64,000 bases of DNA from an uncultured Actinomycetes bacterium. Its GTDB lineage: Bacteria; Actinomycetota; Acidimicrobiia; Acidimicrobiales; AC-9. A program made the translations under genes and the position numbers. The DNA lies in assembly GCA_963717645.1 (NCBI GenBank), contig CAVQWQ010000034.1:256232-320231 (forward strand), in the 5' to 3' direction. How positions within the stretch are numbered: the stretch's first letter is position 1; each line of letters opens with the position of its first letter. The notes under the pieces are model-generated. The model saw only the letters and a program-made list of their open reading frames with translations. It did no database searches and was not told the DNA's origin. Shown piece by piece: positions 9,462 through 19,744 of this stretch.

Positions 9462-10301
9462 GTGTCCGACTACGAAACGATCTTGTACGAGGAGCTCGAC
9501 GGTGTCGCATGGGTGACGCTGAACCGTCCTGAGGTCCACAACGCGTTCAACTTCCTGATGCAGCGCGAGCTGAAGGACGTCTGGAGGAGCCTCCGCAAGA
9601 ACGACGACATCCGATGCGCGGTGCTCACGGGCGCGGGGGACAAAGCCTTCTGTGTCGGCATCGACCGCAGCGAGGTGATGGGCGGCTGGGACACCGTCGA
9701 CGACGTCGAGGGGGCGAGAGCGACCGAGATCGGACCTGCCTCGGCGACGCCCTGGCATGTCGACGACCCGGGTGAGTACATCGGCCCGAAGACCAACGAT
9801 CTCTGGAAGCCGGTCGTCGCGGCCGTCAACGGCATGGCATGCGGGGGAGCTTTCTACATGCTGGGCGAGGTCGACTTCATCGTCGCCGCCGAGCACGCCA
9901 CGTTCTTCGATCCGCACGTGACGTTCGGCATGACAGCATGCTTCGAGTCGATCCACATGCTCCAGAAGATGCCCTTCGGTGAGATCATGCGGGTGGCGCT
10001 GCTCGGGGCGAGCGAGCGGATGACCGCACAGCGCGCCCATCAGATAGGCCTGGTGTCAGAGGTCGTTCCGGCGGACGGACTCCGGGACGCGGTCAAGTGG
10101 GCGACGACTGAGATCGCCAAGGCGCCGGCGGTCGCCATCCAGGGCACGGTGCGCGCCCTGTGGATGGCGAGAGAGCTTTCTCGCCTGCAGGCGCTTGACA
10201 ACGGGCGCGTCCTTATCAGACTCGGGAGCGACCCGAGGTCCCTGTTCGAGGGTCAGCAGGCGTTCGCCTCGGGCGAGCGTGTCAAGCCCCGTACGCGCTG
10301 A
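9462..10301 (+). CDS. Enoyl-CoA hydratase/isomerase (crotonase) family
   Basis: VAWVTLNRPEVHNAF and AVLTGAGDKAFCVGID are crotonase-fold motifs. Confidence 0.85.
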   Translation: MSDYETILYEELDGVAWVTLNRPEVHNAFNFLMQRELKDVWRSLRKNDDIRCAVLTGAGDKAFCVGIDRSEVMGGWDTVDDVEGARATEIGPASATPWHVDDPGEYIGPKTNDLWKPVVAAVNGMACGGAFYMLGEVDFIVAAEHATFFDPHVTFGMTACFESIHMLQKMPFGEIMRVALLGASERMTAQRAHQIGLVSEVVPADGLRDAVKWATTEIAKAPAVAIQGTVRALWMARELSRLQALDNGRVLIRLGSDPRSLFEGQQAFASGERVKPRTR

Positions 10302-10347
10302 CGAGGCTTTCGTGACGTCGGCAATCGGGGCTCCCCAATCCCACCAC

Positions 10348-11199
10348 ATGGATCTCGAAGGCAAGGTCGCGCTTGTCACCGGCGCGAGTCGCGGCGTCGG
10401 GGCGGCGACCGCGCTGGCCCTGGCCGAGGCCGGCTGCCGCGTTGCGTGCGCGGCACGAGCGACCACCGAGCAGCCGCAGCGAACTCCCGGGACCATCGAC
10501 GACGTCGTGAGCCGGATCGAGGACGCGGGTGGCCAGGCGATCGCCGTGCCCACCAACCTCGCCGATGAGAGCCAGGTGATGCGAATGGTCGCGGGGACCG
10601 TCGACCGCCTGGGCCGGGTCGACGTGCTGGTGAACAACGCCGCCATCACCTTCGTGGGCGATCTCGACATCCCACTCAGGCGGCATGACCTCGTCATGGA
10701 AGTCAACCTCCGTGCCCCTCTGATCGCCATGCGCGAGGCGACAGATCACATGATCCGCCAGGGCGGAGGAGCCATCGTGAACATCTCGTCGGCGGCCGCG
10801 CTCTACCCGCACCCGGGCCTCATGTCCTACGGCATCTCCAAGATCGGTCTCGAGCGCCTCACGGTTGACGCCGCCGCACAGCTGCAGCGGCACCACATCA
10901 CCGTGAACTGCTTCAGGATCGACGTCCCTGTGGCCTCAGAGGGCTTCGTGGCCAATACGCCCGGGGTGGACCGGTCGACCTGGGAGCCGTCCGAGGTTGC
11001 CGCCGAGGGAATCGTCTGGATGGTTCGCCAACCGATCACGTACTCAGGCCGGAGGGAGAGCATGTACGCGCTGCGCCGTCGCGAGTCGATCATGAAGTCC
11101 CGAGCGGCGCGAGAGTGGGATGGCCCACCGCCGCCGACCGAGGTCTTCGAGGGCATCGCGGAAGTGGGCGAGACCAGCTTCCGCGAGCCCTATGAGTGA
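10348..11199 (+). CDS. Short-chain dehydrogenase/reductase (SDR) family oxidoreductase
   Basis: GKVALVTGASRGVG, NNAA and YGISK catalytic motifs. Confidence 0.8.
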   Translation: MDLEGKVALVTGASRGVGAATALALAEAGCRVACAARATTEQPQRTPGTIDDVVSRIEDAGGQAIAVPTNLADESQVMRMVAGTVDRLGRVDVLVNNAAITFVGDLDIPLRRHDLVMEVNLRAPLIAMREATDHMIRQGGGAIVNISSAAALYPHPGLMSYGISKIGLERLTVDAAAQLQRHHITVNCFRIDVPVASEGFVANTPGVDRSTWEPSEVAAEGIVWMVRQPITYSGRRESMYALRRRESIMKSRAAREWDGPPPPTEVFEGIAEVGETSFREPYE

Positions 11200-11299
11200 C
11201 ATCGCGAGCCTCATCGATCCCTATGGCCTCGGGCGTCTGATGGACGGGGTTGGCTTGCCGGGGTCGGTTTGGCCGCCGATCGACTACGGGTAGTGCTCG

Positions 11300-12271
11300 A
11301 TGCGAGCTGCCCTGGTCCAGGCGTACGGCCCACCGGAGTCGGTCGGCGTCGAAATCGTGCAGGACCCCACTCCGGCCGCAGGTGAGGCGGTCATCGAGGT
11401 CCGCGCCGCCGCCGTCAACTTCCCCGACGTGCTGATAATCAAGAACCAATACCAGGTCTCGACGAGGCCCCCGTTCATCCCTGGCAGCGAGTTCGCAGGC
11501 ATCGTCCGAGACGTCGCCGACGATGTCACCGAAGTCCGACCCGGGGACCGCGTGATGGGCGCCACCTTCATCGGAGCCTTCGCAGAGCTGGTGGCGGCGC
11601 CGGTCGCGAGCCTCGTGAGGCTCCCGAACGGACTGGACTTCCGTGACGCGGCGGCGTTCTGGGTGACCTACAGCACCGCCTACCACGCCCTGAGAAGTGT
11701 CGCCCAGGTCGCGCCCGGCGATTGGGTCACTGTGCTCGGCGCGGCAGGGGGCGTGGGCATGGCGGCCGTGGACGTCGCCCAGGTGCTCGGCGGGCGGGTA
11801 CTGGCGGCCGCTTCCAGCGTCGAGAAGCTTGACGCGTGTCGGGCGAATGGAGCCGAGGTGACCGTCGATTACGGCGTCGAGGACCTCAAGGTGCGAATGC
11901 GGGAGCTCACCGGCGGCGGTACGGACGTGGTCCTGGATCCGGTCGGCGGTAGGTACTCCGAACAGGCCCTTCGATCGACACGGTGGGGGGGCCGCTTCGT
12001 GGTAGTCGGGTTCGCCTCCGGAGAGATCCCCTCGGTTCCCCTCAACCTCGTGCTCCTCAAGGGCGTGATCCTGCGCGGCTTCGAGATCCGCACCTTCGGC
12101 GAGCACGCACCGGCCGAGCTCGCCCGCGACCGCAGCGAACTGCTCGAGCTCCTCGGATCCGGGCAGCTACGCCCACTCGTGTCAGCCGTGTTTCCGTTGG
12201 AGCAGGTCGGTGACGCCGTAGCCCATCTCGGGAGCCGCCGGGCGATCGGAAAGGTCGTTATCGAACCTTGA
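11300..12271 (+). CDS. Zinc-independent quinone oxidoreductase / MDR-superfamily NADPH oxidoreductase
   Basis: GroES-like N-terminus and Rossmann motif VTVLGAAGGVGMAAV. Confidence 0.8.
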   Translation: MRAALVQAYGPPESVGVEIVQDPTPAAGEAVIEVRAAAVNFPDVLIIKNQYQVSTRPPFIPGSEFAGIVRDVADDVTEVRPGDRVMGATFIGAFAELVAAPVASLVRLPNGLDFRDAAAFWVTYSTAYHALRSVAQVAPGDWVTVLGAAGGVGMAAVDVAQVLGGRVLAAASSVEKLDACRANGAEVTVDYGVEDLKVRMRELTGGGTDVVLDPVGGRYSEQALRSTRWGGRFVVVGFASGEIPSVPLNLVLLKGVILRGFEIRTFGEHAPAELARDRSELLELLGSGQLRPLVSAVFPLEQVGDAVAHLGSRRAIGKVVIEP

Positions 12272-12329
12272 CGTTGTCGCACCTCTGCTCTCCAGATCTG
12301 CTCGTCGAGCTCGGGCCACGCCGGAGGGG

Positions 12330-12548
12330 GATTTCACCGAGTACCGGGTCGGACTCGACCATGTTGGCTTCGGCTGCGCGGACCGTGCGGAGCTGGAGCA
12401 ATGGGCGCGGCGGCTCGATGAGCTCGGAATCGAGCATGGGTGGAACGGAATCCAGCATGGGGGTGTCAAGGACGCGAGGTACGGATCCGGCGTCAGCTTC
12501 CGGGATCCTGATGGCATCGCACTGGAGTTCTTCGCCCCACCGTCCTGA
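12330..12548 (+). pseudogene. C-terminal remnant of a VOC/glyoxalase-family gene (no start codon)
   Basis: High-GC3 frame reading ...GDFTEYRVGLDHVGFGCADRAELEQWARRLDELGIEHG...GVSFRDPDGIALEFF. No ATG/GTG/TTG occurs after the upstream gene stop. Confidence 0.45.
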
Positions 12549-12727
12549 CTCGGATAGGACAGCGGAGGCCCCGAGAAAGTGCCGTCGGCGTCCCTGGCTG
12601 GACAGAGACTGGAAAGACTCCCTGCCTTTCATGGAACTTGGCCGCCAACTGGGACGCCTCTCTCATCCCTACCGTATGACGAGGCACATCGAGCGAGTGT
12701 GACGGAGCATAGGCAGCTGTCGCCGGG

Positions 12728-13603
12728 TCAGTTGGTCAATGTCACGATGTCGAGCTCAGCGATGCGCTGCGAATCTGCGGTCACGGTTATGGCGGCGATT
12801 CTTTCATCGACCACGGTGAACTGGATGACACTTCGGACGCGGCCGCCGGGCGCCCACGCCAGGGCCGTTACGCCATTGGCGAGGACGAGACGCGCGCCCT
12901 TCGCCCCTCCGCTCAGGGCTGACGCCACGTCCTTTGCTCCTCGGGTTTCGGGCAGCGACCCCATGCGCCTGGCGGCCTCGTCGGGTTCAAGCACGGCGTC
13001 AGGATGAAGAAGCCGCACCAGAGCTTCGAAGTCCCCCTTGCGGGCGGCTCGAAGAAAGGCCTCTACGAGTGCGCGATGCTTCACCAAGTCGACGCTCCCG
13101 ACAGCCGATGCACCTTGCACCCGGCGACGGGCCCGGCTGGCGAGCTGTCGTGCGGCCTGCGGTGAACGGCCGACGACCTCACCAATCGTGTCGAAAGGCA
13201 CGGCGAACACGTCATGGAGCACGAACGCAATCCGCTCCTCCGGAGCCAAGGAGTCGAGCACGACCAACAGGCCAGCACCGACCGACTCGGCCAAAATCGC
13301 TGCCTCAGCAGGATCGTGTTCTGTCGTGGAGTCCTCGGCCTCTGGGATGTCGACTCCCAAGGCGTCCTCTCGCCGCGCGCGGCGAGACTTCAGGCGGTCA
13401 AGGCACAGCCTTCCTGTCACGGTTGTCAGCCACCCGGAAAAGTTCTCGACAGTAGCTAGATCGGCTCGGACGACCCTGAACCACGCCTCTTGGACAGCGT
13501 CATCGGCCTCAGCACGGGATCCGAGCATCCGATAAGCGATGCCCTCGAGACTCGAACGGTTGGCTTCGAACTGCCTTGCGACCCACTCAACCTCTTCCAT
13601 CAC
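12728..13603 (-). CDS. ECF sigma factor with C-terminal SnoaL-like extension (ECF41/SigJ-like)
   Basis: Sigma-70 region 2 (DAVQEAWFRV) and region 4 (FVLHDVFAVPFDTIGEVVGRSPQAARQLASRARRRV), plus a ~100-aa NTF2-like tail. Confidence 0.8.
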   Translation of the reverse strand: MMEEVEWVARQFEANRSSLEGIAYRMLGSRAEADDAVQEAWFRVVRADLATVENFSGWLTTVTGRLCLDRLKSRRARREDALGVDIPEAEDSTTEHDPAEAAILAESVGAGLLVVLDSLAPEERIAFVLHDVFAVPFDTIGEVVGRSPQAARQLASRARRRVQGASAVGSVDLVKHRALVEAFLRAARKGDFEALVRLLHPDAVLEPDEAARRMGSLPETRGAKDVASALSGGAKGARLVLANGVTALAWAPGGRVRSVIQFTVVDERIAAITVTADSQRIAELDIVTLTN

Positions 13604-13746
13604 CCATCCTCGGCTCGGGACCCACCCCTATGACGACTCGGGCGAACGAAACGTGACGAGTTCAAGGGGCACCTCGACGGGGCCGACTTCGAGCCTGACT
13701 CACCCGGTCCCGGCCTGCCCGACCACGACGGGGCGTCAGAGCCGCA

Positions 13747-14928
13747 CTACTCGGGGGAGATTGTGGAGCTGCACCCGAACTCCCGATGGACGACCGCGGT
13801 GTGCTCGCCGAGCTGGGCGCCGACGTCGGCGACAGCGCCGGGCGTGCGGCTGAAGTGGGGCACGACCCCAGTCATCGGAAGGGTGAATCCGGCTCGAGCG
13901 GTCGCGCGCACCACCATCTCGCGTGCCAGGTAGTGAGGGTCGGTGAGCATGTCTGCTGCCGTGTAGACCCGTCCCGCTGGGACGGAGTGGTCGGCCAGCA
14001 CGGCCAGCAGTTCGTCGGACGCGACCGTCCGAGTCCACTGAGCAATCATCCCATCGAGATCGGGGGCGTTGTCGCCCCGTGCTGCGTGAGTGGCAAATCG
14101 CGAATCGGTGGCTAGTTCGGGACGTCCCATCGCCTCGCACAGGCGGCCGAAGACCGAGTCGGCGTTGGCGGCGATGAGCACGTCGTAGTCGTCGGAGGTC
14201 GGGTAGACGTTGGACGGGGCGACGCCGGGGAGCGTGCCGCCGGACCGGCCGCGCAACACCCCACCGACCTCGAGGTCGGCCATGGAGGACTCCATCAGGG
14301 CGGCGACAGCTTCATAGATGGCGACGTCGACCTCCTGGCCGCGGCCGCTCGCATCGCGCTCCCGTAACGCAGCGAGGGTACCGATGACGGCGAACAAGGA
14401 GGCGAGGGAATCACCAAGGCTGACGCCGCAGCGCGTCGACGGGCGGTCGGAGTAGCCGGTCGTGTGGCGAATGCCGCCGACGGCCTCGCCGATCGAGCCG
14501 AAGCCGGCCTCGCCCACGCGGGGGCCGGTCTGCCCGAAGCCCGAGACGTGCACCATGATCACGTTCGGGTTCGTGGCGTTGACGGCGTCGTAGTCGAGAC
14601 CCCAGTCGGCGAGGCGGCCGGGGCGGAAGTTCTCGATGATGACGTCGACCTCGGCCGCGATACGTTGCACGAGGCGCCGCCCCTCCTCGGTGCGCAGGTC
14701 AGCAGAGACAGACCGCTTGTTGCGACCGATGGTCGGCCACCACAGACCCTCGCCGTCGATGGTCGCACCCCACTGGCGCATCGGGTCGCCGCCGGGTGGT
14801 TCGACCTTGATGACGTCCGCGCCGTAGTCGCCGAGCAGTTGCCCGGCGAAGGGACCGGCGATGAAGTTGCCAAGCTCGAGCACGCGCAGGCCCACCAGAG
14901 GTCCCTGACGTCGGGCCGCCGCTGTCAT
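13747..14928 (-). CDS. Family III CoA-transferase (CaiB/BaiF)
   Basis: LVGLRVLELGNFIAGPFAGQLLGDYGADVIKVE, and downstream TTGYSDRPS. Confidence 0.8.
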   Translation of the reverse strand: MTAAARRQGPLVGLRVLELGNFIAGPFAGQLLGDYGADVIKVEPPGGDPMRQWGATIDGEGLWWPTIGRNKRSVSADLRTEEGRRLVQRIAAEVDVIIENFRPGRLADWGLDYDAVNATNPNVIMVHVSGFGQTGPRVGEAGFGSIGEAVGGIRHTTGYSDRPSTRCGVSLGDSLASLFAVIGTLAALRERDASGRGQEVDVAIYEAVAALMESSMADLEVGGVLRGRSGGTLPGVAPSNVYPTSDDYDVLIAANADSVFGRLCEAMGRPELATDSRFATHAARGDNAPDLDGMIAQWTRTVASDELLAVLADHSVPAGRVYTAADMLTDPHYLAREMVVRATARAGFTLPMTGVVPHFSRTPGAVADVGAQLGEHTAVVHREFGCSSTISPE

Positions 14929-14991
14929 GGCCCGCAGTGTACGCAATCCAGGACGCCTCCCCCAAAATGACGCCCATCGGGTGCTGGTCCC

Positions 14992-15021
14992 TTGACAAGT
15001 GCCCGCAACATTGCACACAAT
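14992..15021 (+). promoter_or_regulatory. Candidate sigma-A-type promoter (TTGACA - 17 nt - CACAAT) positioned for a leaderless transcript of the downstream VOC gene
   Basis: TTGACA at 14992-14997, a 17-nt spacer, then ACACAAT. The ATG at 15029 lies about 8 nt downstream, with no RBS. Confidence 0.35.
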
Positions 15022-15028
15022 CACGTCG

Positions 15029-15589
15029 ATGACTAGGCCATTCGAGTTCCGGGGCATCAACCATCTCGCTCTCGTGTGCAAGGACATGGCTCGTACCGTC
15101 GCCTTCTACCGCGACACCCTCGGGATGCCGCTGGTCAAGACCGTCGAGCTTCCCGCGGGGATGGGCCAGCACTTCTTCTTCGACTGCGGCAACGGCGACA
15201 TGCTGGCGTTCTTCTGGTTCGCGCAGGCGCCGGCCGCGGCCCCGGGGATCGCCGCCCCCGCAGCGCGTCCCGATTCGGGCGATCTGGTGTCGGCCCACGG
15301 CTCGATGAACCACGTCGCCTTCAACGTCGCCCCCGACGTCATCGAGGGCTACGTCGAGCGGCTGCGAGCCGCCGGCGTCGATTGCACCGAAGTGGCCAAT
15401 CACGACGACAGCGAGTGGGGCGTCAGCGAAGACCTCCACGCCGGAGTGTTCGTCCGCTCCATCTACTTCCAGGACCCCGATGGCATCCTCCTCGAGATCG
15501 CAGCCACGACTCGCGCGTTCACCGCCAACGACGTAGCGCACGTCCCCGCCACTGCCAATGACGCCGCTCGCCGCCAAGCGGTGAGCTGA
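15029..15589 (+). CDS. VOC (glyoxalase/bleomycin-resistance/dioxygenase) family protein
   Basis: INHLALVCKDMARTVAFYRDTLGM and a second betaalphabetabetabeta module HVAFNV. Confidence 0.7.
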   Translation: MTRPFEFRGINHLALVCKDMARTVAFYRDTLGMPLVKTVELPAGMGQHFFFDCGNGDMLAFFWFAQAPAAAPGIAAPAARPDSGDLVSAHGSMNHVAFNVAPDVIEGYVERLRAAGVDCTEVANHDDSEWGVSEDLHAGVFVRSIYFQDPDGILLEIAATTRAFTANDVAHVPATANDAARRQAVS

Positions 15590-15601
15590 ACGGGATCCTC
15601 G

Positions 15602-16252
15602 ATGCCCCGACTGCATCAAGTGACCCGCGCTGAGGCCTCCGCCCCGATCGTCACGGTCATGTACGACCTGCTGTTCGAGGATCGGGACCCGGTGGCCGAG
15701 CCGGGCACCGCGACGGGCTCGCCCGGCGATTGGTGGCCCGCGTTCTCGAACTCGCCTGACGTGCTGGAGCACGCGGTGCAGGGCTTCGGGCTCTACCGGA
15801 GCGCGAGCCGCAAGCTCGACCCGGTGCTCCGCGAGCTCGGGCAGACCCGCGCCGGGTGGGCGGCCGGCAGCCAGTTCGTCTTCTCCCAGCATTGCAAGTC
15901 GCTACGCAGCCTCGGCGTCTCCGACGACCGGATCGCCGCCGTCGCCCATTGGCCCGCCGCTTCGTGCTTCACCGAGGTGGAGCGTCTCGTGCTGGCGTAC
16001 ACCGACTGCCTCGTCTACGACCACGGACGAGTGCCCGATGGGCTGTTCGATGCCCTGCGCGGGCACTTCTCTGACGAGGAGCTCCTCGAGCTCACTTACA
16101 TCACTGCGCTGTATCTGCAGCACACGGTCATGAGCCGGGCGCTCCGTACGGAGTTCGATGACGTCGACGAGCGCGTCATCGAGGTGGCAGCGCCCGAAGG
16201 TGCTTGGGCGCGCGATGTTGGCAACGATACCAGCCTCCCTCAGGATCGTTGA
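15602..16252 (+). CDS. Carboxymuconolactone decarboxylase (CMD/AhpD-like) family protein
   Basis: AhpD-like helical core FVFSQHCKSLRSLGVSDDRIAAVAHW. Confidence 0.65.
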   Translation: MPRLHQVTRAEASAPIVTVMYDLLFEDRDPVAEPGTATGSPGDWWPAFSNSPDVLEHAVQGFGLYRSASRKLDPVLRELGQTRAGWAAGSQFVFSQHCKSLRSLGVSDDRIAAVAHWPAASCFTEVERLVLAYTDCLVYDHGRVPDGLFDALRGHFSDEELLELTYITALYLQHTVMSRALRTEFDDVDERVIEVAAPEGAWARDVGNDTSLPQDR

Positions 16253-16260
16253 GCGGTGCA

Positions 16261-16977
16261 GTGACCGAGTTGGCGGCTCTCGTCCGCGAACAACCGGAGA
16301 ATGTCTACGGTGAGATCCGACGGGCGGTGATCGAGGGCCGATACCCTCCGGGAGTCCGGCTTGTGGAACAACGCCTCGCCGAGGAGTTCGTGGTGTCGCG
16401 CACGCCGGTGCGGGAAGCCTTACGACGCCTGGAGGCCGAGGGCCTCGTCACCATGGAACGCAACTGCGGCGCCCAGGTACGTCAGCTGACGGCGCAGGAG
16501 ATGGCCGACCTCTACGACGCCCGGTCGCGGCTCGAAGCCTACGCCGCCGAGCTGGCCGCCGACCGTCGCACCGATGCCGACATAGACAATCTCGACGCAG
16601 CGGCCGAGGCCTTCGACATCGCTGTGGCGGCAGTGCGGACCAAAGGCGATGACCTCGCCCATGTTCGACGACTCGACGAGGCGAACGCCGAGTTCCACGG
16701 CAGCCTGCTGGGCGCCAGCCGTCACACCCGCCTCCGCCAGCTGGTGACGCGAACCGTTGACGTCCCGCTTGTGTTCCAGGCCTTCCGGCTCTTCGGACCC
16801 GCCGATCTGGCCCGTTCGAGCATGTTCCACCACCTGATCCGCGACGCGGTAGCCGGCCATGAGCCAGGCCGAGCCGGCCGCCTGATGACCGAACATGTCT
16901 TGCAAGGACGCGACGCCGTGCTCGATCGGCTTCAAGAGATCCAGGTCACCGAGTGGTTCGCCCACGATCAGCGATGA
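16261..16977 (+). CDS. GntR-family transcriptional regulator (FadR/FCD C-terminal domain)
   Basis: PPGVRLVEQRLAEEFVVSRTPVREALRRLEAEGLV is a GntR HTH. Confidence 0.7.
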   Translation: MTELAALVREQPENVYGEIRRAVIEGRYPPGVRLVEQRLAEEFVVSRTPVREALRRLEAEGLVTMERNCGAQVRQLTAQEMADLYDARSRLEAYAAELAADRRTDADIDNLDAAAEAFDIAVAAVRTKGDDLAHVRRLDEANAEFHGSLLGASRHTRLRQLVTRTVDVPLVFQAFRLFGPADLARSSMFHHLIRDAVAGHEPGRAGRLMTEHVLQGRDAVLDRLQEIQVTEWFAHDQR

Positions 16978-17888
16978 TCGCAACCGCGTTGCGCGACGTT
17001 GCCCTCCGCGACGGCCTCCAGGACGAGGCGCCAGTGCACACCGAGACCAAGGTGGCCGTGTTCGAGGCGCTCGTCGCGGCAGGGATCACCGACCTCGAGC
17101 TCACAAGCTTCGTGCGCCCCGACCGCGTCCCTGCGATGGCCGACGCCGAAGCCCTTTGCGACGCGACGAAGGGGCGGGGCATAACGCGCTGGGGTCTGGT
17201 GCTCAATCTCCGAGGCGCTCAGCGGGCCCTTTCCGCCGGTCTCACCCACCTCCAGTACGTCGTCTCGGTCAGCGACAGCCACAGTCGTCGCAACGCCAGC
17301 ATCGCCACCGACGGAGCCATGGCGGGCCTCGACCAGGTCGTGCAGATCGGCTCCGCCCGGGGTGCCGCGATCGAGGTCACCCTGGCCACGGCGTTCGGCT
17401 GCCCCGAGGAAGGACCCGTCGATCCCGGCCGGGTCGTCAAGCTGGCGGCACGGTCCGCCGCACTGGGCGCGTCGTGTGTCTGCCTGGCCGACACCATCGG
17501 TGTCGCAGTGCCCACAGAGGTGCGATCGCTGCTCGACGCCGTACATGGCGCGGTCGACGTTCCGATCGGGGTCCACCTCCACGACACCCGCGGCCTCGGC
17601 CTCGTCAACGCCCTGGCCGCCATCGACGCCGGTGCCGACCGCGTCGACGGATCAGTCGGCGGCCTCGGCGGCTGTCCGTTCGCCCCTGGCGCCCTGGGCA
17701 ACCTGGCCCTCGAGGACCTCGTTCACGCCCTCGACGCAATGGGCATGGCCACTGGACTGTCTGTCGGCGGACTCATCGCTGCCGCCGGAATCGCTTGCGG
17801 TGCCGTCGGGCGCCCAGTTGCCAGCCATGTGGGCATAGCGGGCCCCCGGTTCCCCCTTTCACCCCAACGGCCTCGAGCCTCGCCTTGA
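16974..17888 (+). CDS. HMG-CoA-lyase-like (DRE-TIM) family protein
   Basis: VALRDGLQ and GVHLHDTRGLGLVNALAAIDAGADRVDGSVGGLGGCPFAPGALGN. The start overlaps the GntR stop (ATGA). Confidence 0.8.
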   Translation: MIATALRDVALRDGLQDEAPVHTETKVAVFEALVAAGITDLELTSFVRPDRVPAMADAEALCDATKGRGITRWGLVLNLRGAQRALSAGLTHLQYVVSVSDSHSRRNASIATDGAMAGLDQVVQIGSARGAAIEVTLATAFGCPEEGPVDPGRVVKLAARSAALGASCVCLADTIGVAVPTEVRSLLDAVHGAVDVPIGVHLHDTRGLGLVNALAAIDAGADRVDGSVGGLGGCPFAPGALGNLALEDLVHALDAMGMATGLSVGGLIAAAGIACGAVGRPVASHVGIAGPRFPLSPQRPRASP

Positions 17889-18043
17889 CCTCCATGCGGC
17901 CGTCTCCGTCACCTTGCTTCGAAGGCAGAGTGGCGAAACCACGGTGTACTCCGCCGGCTCTCCGTCAGAAAGTCTGACAAGGGTTGGCTATGAAGCGAGC
18001 GCGACTCGGGGTGCGGGAAGCGTAGCGCCAGTATGGTAACGGA

Positions 18044-18910
18044 ATGAGCCACGACGAGCCGGCCGATCAATTCGACCAGGGCTCGACCGGTGGTGTCCTC
18101 AAGCAGACTGACAGCCCACGCAACAACTCTCGAGCTGCGCTCCTCGACGCCGCGTTCGAAGAATTCTCGAGCAAGGGCTATGAGGCGGCGACGGTCGCTG
18201 GGATAGCAGAGCGTGCCGGAGTCACGACTGGTGCGCTGTACGCCCACTTCGACGGGAAGCTCGGTCTCCTTCTCGAGACGCTCGGAATGACCCCCGTCCA
18301 GGACGTAATGCGGTCAATCGCCGACATTGCGTCCCAGCCGTGGAGCGAGGCGTCGAAGTTTCTGGGCCGCGGGATGGCAGCTCGTCCCGATCGCCGAACT
18401 CTCTTGCTATTGGACGTGATCGTTGTCGCACGCAGAGACCCGCATGTCGCAAGGATTCTCCGCCAAGGGTTGGAGATGTACCTGGGCGCGATGATGCGAG
18501 CGACTGATGCGGGCGTAGCGCTGGGCCTGCTCGACCCGGCGCTGGGGCCAGACGACCTGGCCCGGGTGCTGGCGCTGATGAACCTGGGAATGCTTGTCTT
18601 TACCGCGCTCGAGGAACGTTCGCCCTCCGAGCAGGCCTTTGGTCGCATTGCCGACCTCCTCCTCCAGTCAGCCGGGGCGAGCGACGAAAGCCAGCCCGCT
18701 GCACTTGCCCGCGTGCGTGGGCGTGCGGCCACCGCGGAGCGGGCTCGGCGCGCTCTCTGGGACGGAATCGTCGAAGCAGTGGGCGACGGACACAGCCTTC
18801 GGCAAGTCGCCGCCGCGGCTGGGTTGTCACACGAGCGTGTCCGGCAGATCTTGCGCGAACGGGGCACTGCCGCATCGGGAGCCTTTGCGCATGGGCGTCA
18901 AAAAGGTTGA
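18044..18910 (+). CDS. TetR-family regulator with an additional C-terminal HTH (sigma-70 region-4 / LuxR-like)
   Basis: N-terminal RAALLDAAFEEFSSKGYEAATVAGIAERAGVTTGALYAHF. C-terminal HSLRQVAAAAGLSHERVRQILRE. Confidence 0.65.
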   Translation: MSHDEPADQFDQGSTGGVLKQTDSPRNNSRAALLDAAFEEFSSKGYEAATVAGIAERAGVTTGALYAHFDGKLGLLLETLGMTPVQDVMRSIADIASQPWSEASKFLGRGMAARPDRRTLLLLDVIVVARRDPHVARILRQGLEMYLGAMMRATDAGVALGLLDPALGPDDLARVLALMNLGMLVFTALEERSPSEQAFGRIADLLLQSAGASDESQPAALARVRGRAATAERARRALWDGIVEAVGDGHSLRQVAAAAGLSHERVRQILRERGTAASGAFAHGRQKG

Positions 18911-18972
18911 CGACACTCGCCTGATTAGGCGGCGTCAGGAGACCTCAGGAAGGACTCTCTTGCCTAGAGGAG

Positions 18973-18992
18973 CATAATCTTGCTATCTTGAC
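18973..18992. promoter_or_regulatory. Operator-like motif CATAATCTTGCTATCTTGAC, copy 1 of 2 (see 24203)
   Basis: 17 of 20 positions identical to the site at 24203-24222. Lies between the TetR gene and the SCP2/ACAD/P450 operon. Confidence 0.3.
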
Positions 18993-19146
18993 GGTCTGCT
19001 GGGGTCCGTGCGCAGAGGGGAGCATCCGTGGTCAGACTCGACGACAGGGTCGCGATCGTCAGCCCATGAGTGCCTGACCCACCCACCGGCTAGAAGGCAC
19101 TGGCGCCGAATCAACCAACCAATGCCCAAGAATGGAGAGTCCCAAC

Positions 19147-19548
19147 ATGCCGCACCCGTTTCTATCCGACGAATGGCTTACCGAGGTCAAGAAGCTTGCC
19201 GCTGAAGGGGGGTCGGGGATGATGCCGAGTGGGGTGCAGGTGAACATGGTGGTCACTGGTTCGCCGGCGGGCGACAAAGAGCTGCACATATCGGATGGAT
19301 CGTTCGGGGCAGGCCTGGTGGACGGGTGTCAGACCAAGCTGACGATCCCTTACCTCGTCGCCCGCAACATGTTCATCAGTGGGGACCAGGCCGCTGCCAT
19401 GCAGGCCTTCATGAGCGGTCAGATCAAGGTCGAAGGCGACATGAGCAAGCTCATGGCAATGCAGAGCCAAGGTGCCGCGAACCCCGCTGGCTCGGCGGCC
19501 CAGGCGAAGATGCAGGACAAGCTACGCGAGATCACCGCGGACGACTAG
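19147..19548 (+). CDS. SCP2 sterol-carrier domain protein
   Basis: MQAFMSGQIKVEGDMSKLMAM is the SCP2 C-terminal signature. Confidence 0.65.
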   Translation: MPHPFLSDEWLTEVKKLAAEGGSGMMPSGVQVNMVVTGSPAGDKELHISDGSFGAGLVDGCQTKLTIPYLVARNMFISGDQAAAMQAFMSGQIKVEGDMSKLMAMQSQGAANPAGSAAQAKMQDKLREITADD

Positions 19549-19744
19549 CGACCACCGTTGACGGCCACTGAGACCATAGCCGGCGGGCGGATCCGTGAGG
19601 CCGCCAGGACCTGGTCGATACCGCCGACCTCCCCTCGACTTTCTCGACAGTCGCCCTCTAACACAACCTCGGCCTCGGCGATGCCGCCGTGGTGACCATG
19701 TACCGAGCGCCGACCGCGCCCGCCTCTGCACCCGGAGACTGACA

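Noticed and set aside
16895-17977. 360-aa Arg/Pro-rich plus ORF
   Set aside because: Alternative frame of the HMG-CoA-lyase-like gene, which has clear family motifs.
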